Shown: positions 56,332-64,000 of the stretch, piece after piece
Position numbering within the stretch: position 1 is the stretch's first letter
How the letters are laid out: each line of letters begins with the position of its first letter
Source of the DNA: an uncultured Gammaproteobacteria bacterium
GTDB taxonomy: Bacteria > Patescibacteriota > Microgenomatia > Levybacterales > UBA12049
NCBI GenBank assembly: GCA_964512695.1
Contig: CAZEJU010000001.1
Location: 7,803-71,802, forward strand
Direction of reading: 5' to 3'
Length of the DNA: 64,000 nucleotides
Made by a program: the position numbers and the translations under genes
The notes under the pieces: generated by a model
Told to the model about the DNA's origin: nothing
Databases searched by the model: none
The model's input: the letters and a program-made list of their open reading frames with translations, nothing else

Positions 56332-57711
56332 ATGAAAGACAATGTACTATCAACTGAGCAAGAACAAGAAAACGAGTTAGAGATGCATGAAGCTTTCCAC
56401 AAGCAAGTACATGCAGTTCTAGAATCTGAAGACAGATTCAGAAAAGCTGAAAGAACAACGAGAATTGGCCTTGAAGCCGAATATAGTGTCATAAATGCAA
56501 CGTGTGATCAAGTAGACCAAACAGTCAGAGATCAAATTATTGAAGACAATAGAGACTTCGCTACCCAAGAGTTAGGGGCAGCACAAATTGAATTACGAAC
56601 TGACCCTATTATCCTTTCTGATGGAGGAATCTGGCAGGTATTTGACCAGATGGCATCTAGAGATGACGCTATAAGGAATGCGGCACATAGACGGGGTGCG
56701 CGTATACTGAGAAGCGGCACAAACCCCTTAGTCGATCTTCATGACATACTAAGAACTGATAAACCAAAATACCGGCAAGTACCTGATTTCCATAATAGAA
56801 AGAGAAAGTTTGGCACAGACACAACAATTGGCAATGGAAAAAGAGTTGATGTAGGAGACGCTGCTGTAGTTGCACTCTTAAACTCTTTGCAGACGAATAT
56901 AGAAGCTGTAGATTTCGCAGATGCCACAGATAAATTAAACAGATCGTTAATGATTGGACCGTATGTTACTGCAGTCAGTTCCGGGGCACGGTATATCGCT
57001 CATCAAGACGCAGGCTTAGCTGATTTACGAATTCTTGCTTGGGAAACGAGTCATGACACGAGAACTGACTCAGAGAGAACACTAGGTGAAAAAACCAGAG
57101 TCGGACTGCCAGCACGATACTATACTGATGTAAAGGATTACTTTACACAAGTGGGATCATATCCATTTATTCTCCATAATCCAGAGGCAGCACTTCAAAT
57201 AGGAATCGGTCTTCATTGGAGAGATACACGGTTAAAAGTAATAGGGGACAGCCTTGTGGTAGAATTCCGTCCCATATCTGCACAGCCAACATCTGCAGAA
57301 AATGTAGCTTCTGCTTTATTTTATACAGGAAGACTACATTGGTCTCAAGCCACAAACGAACCATTGCTGCCGTTTGATAAAGTAGAACATAATAGAAAAC
57401 AAGCACTACACGAAGGCCCTAGAGGGACTATGTACTATACAGAAGACAATAATGTACAGCGATATAAAGCTCCAGAAATCATAAAACTAGAATTAGCGAG
57501 AGCAAAACATGGATTAGAGATGATAGGTTGTCACCCAAAAGATATTGAACCATTCTTTTCAGTTCTAGAAAAAAATCTCGATGAAGGTACACCTGCTGAA
57601 CGGATGCACAATGTCGTATCACGTCTCACAGAAAATGTTTCTGAGAAAGATAAAAAAGAGGCTACACATGATGCTCTTATCACAGCCATTCAAGTCTTAC
57701 AATTCGTATGA
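56332..57711 (+). CDS. GCS2/YbdK-like carboxylate-amine ligase family protein
   Basis: RIGLEAEYSVI, AAQIELRTDP and HWRDTRLKVIGDSLVVEFRP parallel the YbdK motifs LGIELEMQVV, ELATDV and HWDIRP..GTVEVR. Confidence 0.55.
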   Translation: MKDNVLSTEQEQENELEMHEAFHKQVHAVLESEDRFRKAERTTRIGLEAEYSVINATCDQVDQTVRDQIIEDNRDFATQELGAAQIELRTDPIILSDGGIWQVFDQMASRDDAIRNAAHRRGARILRSGTNPLVDLHDILRTDKPKYRQVPDFHNRKRKFGTDTTIGNGKRVDVGDAAVVALLNSLQTNIEAVDFADATDKLNRSLMIGPYVTAVSSGARYIAHQDAGLADLRILAWETSHDTRTDSERTLGEKTRVGLPARYYTDVKDYFTQVGSYPFILHNPEAALQIGIGLHWRDTRLKVIGDSLVVEFRPISAQPTSAENVASALFYTGRLHWSQATNEPLLPFDKVEHNRKQALHEGPRGTMYYTEDNNVQRYKAPEIIKLELARAKHGLEMIGCHPKDIEPFFSVLEKNLDEGTPAERMHNVVSRLTENVSEKDKKEATHDALITAIQVLQFV

Positions 57712-57723
57712 TATACTTTCGAT

Positions 57724-58920
57724 ATGGATAAAATAGAAGAAGTACTCACCAGAGGAGTTGCAAACATTATTCCAGGAAAACAAGTCCTAAAGGACGTTTT
57801 AACTTCAGGTAGAAAAATAAATATCTATCTCGGTATCGATCCTACAGCACCGAGAATCCATCTCGGTCATGCAGTTTCTATTCGAAAACTACAAAACTTC
57901 GTCGACTTAGGTCATAAAGTAACATTTCTTATTGGTAATTTTACTTCGCTTATCGGCGATACCTCTGATAAGGATTCAGAAAGGCCCATTCTCACAGAAA
58001 AAGAAATAGAACAAAACTTCCAGACATATAAAGAACAAGCAGAGAAGTTACTTGATTTTTCAAAAGTACACATAGTACGTAACAGAGATTGGTTAAATAC
58101 ATTAACATTTGCCGAAATTGTACGATTAACACAAAACTTTTCAGTTAATGACTTTATCAGTAGAGAGTTAATTAGAAAACGTTTAGATGAAGGCAAACGT
58201 GTACGACTCGATGAGGTACTCTATCCAATTATGCAGGGATATGACAGTTATTTTATGGATACAGATCTACAGATAGGGGGTACTGATCAAACGTTTAATA
58301 TGCAAGCTGGGAGAACATTACAAAAAGTGATGAGAAATAAAGAATCTTTTGTCTTATCTACTGTTTTCCTAACAGGAACAGATGGTCGAAAAATGAGTAA
58401 ATCGTGGGGGAATGCAATCTGGATAAGCGATTCAGCTGAAGATATGTTTGCGAAAGTAATGGCTGTCAGAGATGACCTTCTCCTAGAATATTTCTTATTA
58501 GCTACAAATGTCCCCTTACACCAGGTCGAGGCTATAAAAGAACGGTTACAATCCGGTGCAAATCCTATGGAAATTAAAAAAGAACTCGCTTTTATAATTG
58601 TCGAGGAATTACATGATAAAACTGCCGCGGTAGCAGCTCAAGAAAAATTCGAAAAAACTGTACAGAACAGAGAATTACCCGAAGAGATACCTGTGGTCAT
58701 TATTCCGGAAACACTACAATCAGAAATTGCTATTGCAGACGTTTTAAGCACACTGGGATTAGTAGAAAGTAAATCAGAAGCCAAACGTTTAGTAGATCAA
58801 GGTGGTGTGGAAATAGATGGACAAAAAGTAACGAATACAAATGAAATAATTAGTGTAAAAGATGATATGATAATAAAAGTAGGAAAGAGAAGAATTGTTA
58901 AACTGACAACGACGAAATAA
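57724..58920 (+). CDS. tyrS: tyrosyl-tRNA synthetase
   Basis: HIGH-type motif (RIHLGH), KMSKS, C-terminal S4-like domain. Lies 12 nt downstream of 56332, so it is probably co-transcribed. Confidence 0.85.
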   Translation: MDKIEEVLTRGVANIIPGKQVLKDVLTSGRKINIYLGIDPTAPRIHLGHAVSIRKLQNFVDLGHKVTFLIGNFTSLIGDTSDKDSERPILTEKEIEQNFQTYKEQAEKLLDFSKVHIVRNRDWLNTLTFAEIVRLTQNFSVNDFISRELIRKRLDEGKRVRLDEVLYPIMQGYDSYFMDTDLQIGGTDQTFNMQAGRTLQKVMRNKESFVLSTVFLTGTDGRKMSKSWGNAIWISDSAEDMFAKVMAVRDDLLLEYFLLATNVPLHQVEAIKERLQSGANPMEIKKELAFIIVEELHDKTAAVAAQEKFEKTVQNRELPEEIPVVIIPETLQSEIAIADVLSTLGLVESKSEAKRLVDQGGVEIDGQKVTNTNEIISVKDDMIIKVGKRRIVKLTTTK

Positions 58921-59071
58921 TATGAACTTCGCACGAAAACATCAAAAAATATTCAGAGTGATCATGCTTATTGCTATTATAGCGATGATTCTGTCATCAT
59001 TCCTCATGTACCTACCATACTTCTAACCCTTAGTTTGAAAACTAAAACAAGGCTAAAATAATCTGCTACAA

Positions 59072-61168
59072 TTGCAACATATGACTTTACAAACTCCAGT
59101 TGCGACATTAGGACGAGCCTTTAAAATGTATGCAGGGAGATTAGCTAAGCTGGGAATATTTACAATCGAAGACCTATTTTTTCACTTTCCTTTTCGTTAT
59201 GATAACTTTTCTTTGATTTCTAAAATTGCCAGCATTCAGCCCGGAGAGGTCGTAACAGTTCAAGGACAAGTTTTAACAATTGATAATATCTATACTCGAA
59301 ACAACAAAAAAATCCAGAAAGGTATGGTTGCTGATGAAACTGGTTCACTAGAAGTCGTTTGGTATAACCAACCTTTTCTTACGAAATATATTCATGTAAA
59401 CGACAAGATTTCTCTTTCTGGCACGGCAGAAATGTTTCAAAATAAAGTAGTTCTTACATCCCCAGAGTACGAGCTTATCCACGCAGAAGGCAAAACCTTA
59501 CATACAGGGAGATTAGTACCAATATATCCAGAAACAGCTGGCGTCACATCTAAATGGCTACGACGGCAAATTTATAAACTACTCGATGAAACGCAAGCCA
59601 GCATTCGAGATTACTTACCAGCTAGTCTGTTAATAAAATACAATTACCCGCCTCTCCGTGAAGCATTGTGGCAGATTCATTTTCCTCAAACGCTAGAACA
59701 AGCACAACGGGCAAGAGAAAGACTTTCTTTTGATGAATTATTGCTGATACAACTGAAGTCTCAAGAGCGACGAAAAGAATGGGAAAAAGACTTACGTGGG
59801 TATAAGTTATCAGTTGTAGGTTATCAGAAGGAACTCGACAATTTTATACAATCCTTACCTTTTACCTTAACACAATCACAATCAAGGGCTGTTGATGAAA
59901 TATTTCGAGATATGACAAAAGAAAAACCGATGAATACACTTTTACAAGGTGACGTCGGTAGTGGAAAAACAATAGTTGGTGCTTTTGCTATATATCTCGC
60001 TTATTTAAATGGTTTTCAATCAGTTTTCATGGCTCCTACTGAAATCCTCGCACAACAACACTATGAAACGATTAAAAAGTTTTTAGAGCCTTTTGGTGTA
60101 AAAATTGCGTTGGCAACAGGAAGTAAAAGAGAAGGATTTAAGATTCAAGATTCAGGATTCAAGAATAAAAAGACAAAAGAACATACATCTTTAATCTTAA
60201 ATCATGAATCTTTTCATGTATTAGTCGGTACTCATGCTGTACTTTCGGACAAAATCAAACTCGATAACCTTGGACTTGTGATCATCGACGAGCAACAACG
60301 TTTCGGCGTAGAACAACGGGGAATAATCAGGGAAAAAGGAACAAATCCTCACTTTCTTACCATGACTGCCACACCAATACCGCGAACTGTTGCACTTACA
60401 ATGTACGGAGATCTTGAGGTAGTATTTCTAGGTGATATGCCTAAAGGCAGAAAGCCAATTAAGACATGGCTCGTACCACCAGAGAAAAGAGAGGGGGCAT
60501 ATGGATGGATTCGAAAGCAGATTACTGACACGCATTCGCAAATATTTATTATCTGTCCTTTTATAGAAGAATCAGAAAATATGCAAACAGTAAAAGCTGC
60601 AAAAGTAGAATTTGAAAGACTTCAAAAAGAAGTGTTTCGGGATTTACGGTTAGGATTACTCCATGGAAAATTAAAAGCAAAAGAAAAAGACCAGGTATTA
60701 ACTGATTTTCGTGAAAATAAGTTTGATATCCTTGTAGCTACACCAGTCGTAGAAGTAGGAATAGATATTCCCAATGCGACAGTTATTATGATAGAAGCAG
60801 CTGACCGGTTCGGCCTAGCGCAATTACACCAGTTACGAGGAAGAGTAGGAAGAGGAGAGAAACAATCATACTGTTTACTTTTTACAGAGTCTCCATCACA
60901 GCAAACGTTTACTCGTCTAAAAGCAATGGAAACGAAACACCAGGGTGCAGAACTGGCTGAACTGGATCTTAAGCTACGAGGTCCAGGAGATATTTTCGGT
61001 ACAGCACAGTCAGGACTACCAACATTAAAAATAGCGACATTTTCAGATTTCCCACTCATAGAAAGAACAAGACAAGAGGCTCACAACTTATTTCCAATGG
61101 TAGAAAAATATCCTGCGTTGCAGGAAAAAGTGACAGAGATTACATCAACAATAGTCTCCCCAGACTAA
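59072..61168 (+). CDS. recG: ATP-dependent DNA helicase RecG
   Basis: Wedge domain; helicase motifs GDVGSGKT, DEQQRFG, TATPIPRT; ~700 aa. Confidence 0.85.
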   Translation: MQHMTLQTPVATLGRAFKMYAGRLAKLGIFTIEDLFFHFPFRYDNFSLISKIASIQPGEVVTVQGQVLTIDNIYTRNNKKIQKGMVADETGSLEVVWYNQPFLTKYIHVNDKISLSGTAEMFQNKVVLTSPEYELIHAEGKTLHTGRLVPIYPETAGVTSKWLRRQIYKLLDETQASIRDYLPASLLIKYNYPPLREALWQIHFPQTLEQAQRARERLSFDELLLIQLKSQERRKEWEKDLRGYKLSVVGYQKELDNFIQSLPFTLTQSQSRAVDEIFRDMTKEKPMNTLLQGDVGSGKTIVGAFAIYLAYLNGFQSVFMAPTEILAQQHYETIKKFLEPFGVKIALATGSKREGFKIQDSGFKNKKTKEHTSLILNHESFHVLVGTHAVLSDKIKLDNLGLVIIDEQQRFGVEQRGIIREKGTNPHFLTMTATPIPRTVALTMYGDLEVVFLGDMPKGRKPIKTWLVPPEKREGAYGWIRKQITDTHSQIFIICPFIEESENMQTVKAAKVEFERLQKEVFRDLRLGLLHGKLKAKEKDQVLTDFRENKFDILVATPVVEVGIDIPNATVIMIEAADRFGLAQLHQLRGRVGRGEKQSYCLLFTESPSQQTFTRLKAMETKHQGAELAELDLKLRGPGDIFGTAQSGLPTLKIATFSDFPLIERTRQEAHNLFPMVEKYPALQEKVTEITSTIVSPD

Positions 61169-61248
61169 TGATATAATTACGAAAATTATATTTATAATTT
61201 TTATATATTCACTGACTTATAGGCCAATAGTACTGATATAATATTTTT

Positions 61249-61575
61249 ATGCAATCAATTTGGATTCTCATAAACTGCAATTCTCAGGAAGAAGCCGAAA
61301 AAATAGGAGATAGACTCCTGCATGAATTAATAATTAACTGTTACAATATTTTTGACAGAAAACTCTCAAAGTACTTTTGGCCGCCAAAATCTCATCAGCT
61401 TGAGGCAGCAAAAGGTGCATTATTAATTGCAGAAACTTTTGAACCTTATTATGAACAAGTTCGGACACTAGTAAAATCATTACATAGTGATAAACTCGCA
61501 TTTATAGGATATATTCCAATATATGGATTGGAGAAAGACTTCGTGGATTGGATGAGAGGAGAATTAAAAAAGTAA
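61249..61575 (+). CDS. CutA1-like divalent-cation tolerance protein
   Basis: ~108 aa; pattern resembles the CutA family. This is weak. Confidence 0.35.
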   Translation: MQSIWILINCNSQEEAEKIGDRLLHELIINCYNIFDRKLSKYFWPPKSHQLEAAKGALLIAETFEPYYEQVRTLVKSLHSDKLAFIGYIPIYGLEKDFVDWMRGELKK

Positions 61576-61578
61576 TTT

Positions 61579-62016
61579 ATGAGGTGTAACTTCTGTTATC
61601 CTAATAAATCATTTAAACACTTATGTATTAAACAATATAGATTTTGGAGACTAGAGTTAGGTTGTAATCAATATTTCCTCGGAAAGTCGCTACTAATCCT
61701 TAATAGACACTTAGAAGATTTTATGGAAATATCTACTGAAGAACAAAAAGAGCTGTTTATAATTAGTAAAAAAGTAAAAAAAGCTTTAAATATTTTATTT
61801 AAACCTGATAAATTTAATTATTCTAGTTTGGGAAATGAACAGAACCATGTACATTGGCACATCGTTCCTCGTTATATGCGAAGCAGAAACTATAATGGTG
61901 TTTACTTCGAAGATAAAATTTGGGGCAGAAACTATGCTCATTATGATAAAACTTTTACAATCTCTAAAGAGATTGAGCAATATATTGTTCAGGCAATACA
62001 AAAAAACTTACAATGA
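61579..62016 (+). CDS. HIT-family hydrolase
   Basis: Histidine triad HVHWHIVPRY. Confidence 0.7.
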   Translation: MRCNFCYPNKSFKHLCIKQYRFWRLELGCNQYFLGKSLLILNRHLEDFMEISTEEQKELFIISKKVKKALNILFKPDKFNYSSLGNEQNHVHWHIVPRYMRSRNYNGVYFEDKIWGRNYAHYDKTFTISKEIEQYIVQAIQKNLQ

Positions 62017-62555
62017 AACTCTTACTCATCCGACATGGACAAACAGATATAAATGGAACTGGTTATATGCATAAAATTCATGATCCTGTTAGCTTAAACG
62101 ATACTGGAAAGAAACAAGCGAAAGCATTAGTACCTATCTTAGAAATGCACCAAGTAGAGGCTATTTATTCTTCGCCAGAAAGAAGAGCTATAGATACAGC
62201 AGAAACACTTTCAGCTTCACTCAATATTCCAGTTATAACAACACCTAATCTGGAAGAGAGAAACTTCGGAGAGCTGCAGAAACTGCCTTATAGAGAAATA
62301 AAAGAAAAACTTGATGCCCTGTCCATCGAAAAACGGTATTTATTTAAACCTCCTGGGGGAGAGTCATGGGAAGAAATGGATAAAAGACTCCAACTTTTCT
62401 TAAAGGAAATAAAGAAAAAATCATACGCATCAATCGCTATGGTCACGCACGAAGGCGTACTACGGGCACTCATAACATTAATCAACCAAGAACCAAAAGA
62501 AAAAAGTCTCGAAAAACACTTTGATAACGGTTCATGTAGTGTAATTGAAATATAA
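62013..62555 (+). CDS. histidine phosphatase (phosphoglycerate mutase-like) family protein
   Basis: N-terminal LLLIRHGQTDIN catalytic RHG motif. Confidence 0.7.
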   Translation: MKLLLIRHGQTDINGTGYMHKIHDPVSLNDTGKKQAKALVPILEMHQVEAIYSSPERRAIDTAETLSASLNIPVITTPNLEERNFGELQKLPYREIKEKLDALSIEKRYLFKPPGGESWEEMDKRLQLFLKEIKKKSYASIAMVTHEGVLRALITLINQEPKEKSLEKHFDNGSCSVIEI

Positions 62556-62560
62556 AACTT

Positions 62561-63250
62561 CTAAAGAATCCTTAGTCCCTGGAGTAGTTTTTCGGTTGAT
62601 TCTTCGTCTGAGCCACCAGCGATATAAAATGCACGATTACTATCTATTACGACCATACAAAGTATATTCGTCATAGAAAGATCAACATTATACATACATA
62701 AACCAGATTTACCATTAACTGTGTAATTTTTTTCATATGTCCTGTCTGTAATCATACCTTCTCCATTAGAAGACGATTGTTTATAGAGAAATTGATGTCT
62801 CGAACCCCCATCATACGCTCGAATATTTACTGTATATACGAGGAATTGATATCCTTCTTTCAAGTTAAGAGTAACATAATCACTTGTAGCTGTCGCTTTG
62901 TATATTTGTGGATCATATGCGACTTCAAACGTTTTATCTCCACTTTGCATAGTGGTCCATCCTGCCGGTACTGAATAGGTAAGAGATTTAATTGATTCCT
63001 TTTTACTATTTTGTCCGGGGTTTATTGTCTCTGAAATATATGCCGTAGCGACCGGAGACGCGGTCGCTTGTTTATTCATCTCTCCCGTCTCAGTTGGTGG
63101 TATGTCAACCTTAGAAGAACCATGACGTAAACCTGCAGAATATGATAAATAAGACACCAATAACACAAAAACAATGCCAGCAATAATGAAAAATATTTTT
63201 TTAAATTTATTTGTACTTTGTGGTTCCTGTATCGTGCTTCGCTCTTCCAT
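62561..63250 (-). CDS. membrane-anchored hypothetical protein
   Basis: N-terminal TM helix followed by an extracytoplasmic domain of unknown function. Confidence 0.3.
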   Translation of the reverse strand: MEERSTIQEPQSTNKFKKIFFIIAGIVFVLLVSYLSYSAGLRHGSSKVDIPPTETGEMNKQATASPVATAYISETINPGQNSKKESIKSLTYSVPAGWTTMQSGDKTFEVAYDPQIYKATATSDYVTLNLKEGYQFLVYTVNIRAYDGGSRHQFLYKQSSSNGEGMITDRTYEKNYTVNGKSGLCMYNVDLSMTNILCMVVIDSNRAFYIAGGSDEESTEKLLQGLRIL

Positions 63251-63317
63251 ATAACACTACGATAATATACGAAAAGAACACTGTCAACAAGGAAAAGCTG
63301 TGTTATAATCACATTCA

Positions 63318-64000
63318 TGCAGCCTCAGAGATACTTTATAATTGACTTTGATAGTACACTTGTAACAGTAGAAGCATTGGACGAACTTGCAAAAATCGTA
63401 TTGAAAAATAATGCAAAGAAAGAAACGGTTTTGGAAGAAATAAAACGAACGACTTCTTTAGGTATGGATGGTACAATAAGTTTTCCAGAATCCTTAGCTA
63501 AACGACTTGTATTATTTCAACCTAATAAAGAACATATCCAAAAACTTATAACACATTTAAAGAAACAAATTACACCTTCTATACTCTCGAACAAAGCGTT
63601 TTTTAAAGAAAATGCACAATGTATCTATATTATTTCAGGCGGATTTAAGGAGTATATTTACCCAGTTATAAAAGGATTTGGTATTCCCGAAGATCATATT
63701 TTAGCTAATACGTTCACATTCGCTAAAAATGGAAATGTTACAGGTTTTGATAAAACAAACCCCCTCAGCCAAGAAGATGGAAAAGTAAAACAAATAAGAA
63801 AACTTAAGCTTCAAGGAGAAGTGTATGTGATAGGAGATGGATTTACTGATTATCAAATTAGGGAAAAAGGTCAAGCAACAAAATTTTTCGCTTTTACAGA
63901 AAATGTTAAGAGAGAAATTATTACAGAGAAAGCAGACGATATTGTCAAATCATTTGACGAATTACTTTACAAACTACAGATGCCACGTTCTTTATCTTTT
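63318..64000 (+). CDS. HAD-superfamily phosphoserine-phosphatase-like protein (partial, runs off window end)
   Basis: FIIDFDSTLV (DxDxT motif I), IISGGF and GDGFTD (motif III-like). No stop codon before the window end. Confidence 0.5.

Overview
This is an AT-rich (~40% GC) bacterial chromosome segment whose gene content resembles a reduced-genome, Patescibacteria/CPR-like organism. That guess rests on a short trigger factor lacking a PPIase domain, an archaeal-type PEP carboxylase and many unknown proteins. Recognisable housekeeping genes are typA/bipA, a patatin, a SulP permease, an L,D-transpeptidase, an SLT transglycosylase, a class I aminotransferase, the conserved thrS-infC-rpmI-rplT-pheS-pheT cluster, a PBP1A, tyrS, recG, HIT and histidine-phosphatase proteins and a partial SerB-like HAD phosphatase at the window end. 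Ten tRNA genes are inferred by hand: Gln, Gly, Phe, Val x2, Leu x3 plus partial copies. tRNA-Gln and tRNA-Gly both carry mobile-element scars: a GIY-YIG endonuclease gene flanked by a duplicated and disrupted tRNA fragment, and tandem 44-bp partial tRNA copies. The most striking content lies at ~23.7-43.1 kb, with an outlier at 55.8-58.9 kb. It is a string of monocistronic or bicistronic units, each with a near-consensus sigma70 promoter followed by an amino-acid-sensing leader. One leader is a SAM-I riboswitch and two carry T-box antiterminator signatures. Six are leaderless leader-peptide attenuators whose peptides are rich in Met, Ile/Val/Leu, Phe(x5), Asn, Thr(x6) and Cys-Cys/Thr-Thr/Leu-Leu. 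In every case an intrinsic terminator sits against the start codon, and its 3' arm doubles as the Shine-Dalgarno sequence. These leaders control a paralogous family of GCS2/YbdK-like carboxylate-amine ligases (four copies), ATP-grasp-like enzymes (three copies), two PepT-like M20 peptidases, a DUF62 SAM hydrolase and two large unknown proteins. This looks like an undescribed amino-acid-specific starvation regulon of ligase, peptidase and hydrolase paralogs. Other features are IVS-like inverted-repeat elements, one carrying a four-helix-bundle protein gene and one empty upstream of pheS. A ~28-nt repeat is inserted in-frame in pheS and also sits inside a T-box leader. All coordinates were hand-derived and may be off by 1-2 nt.
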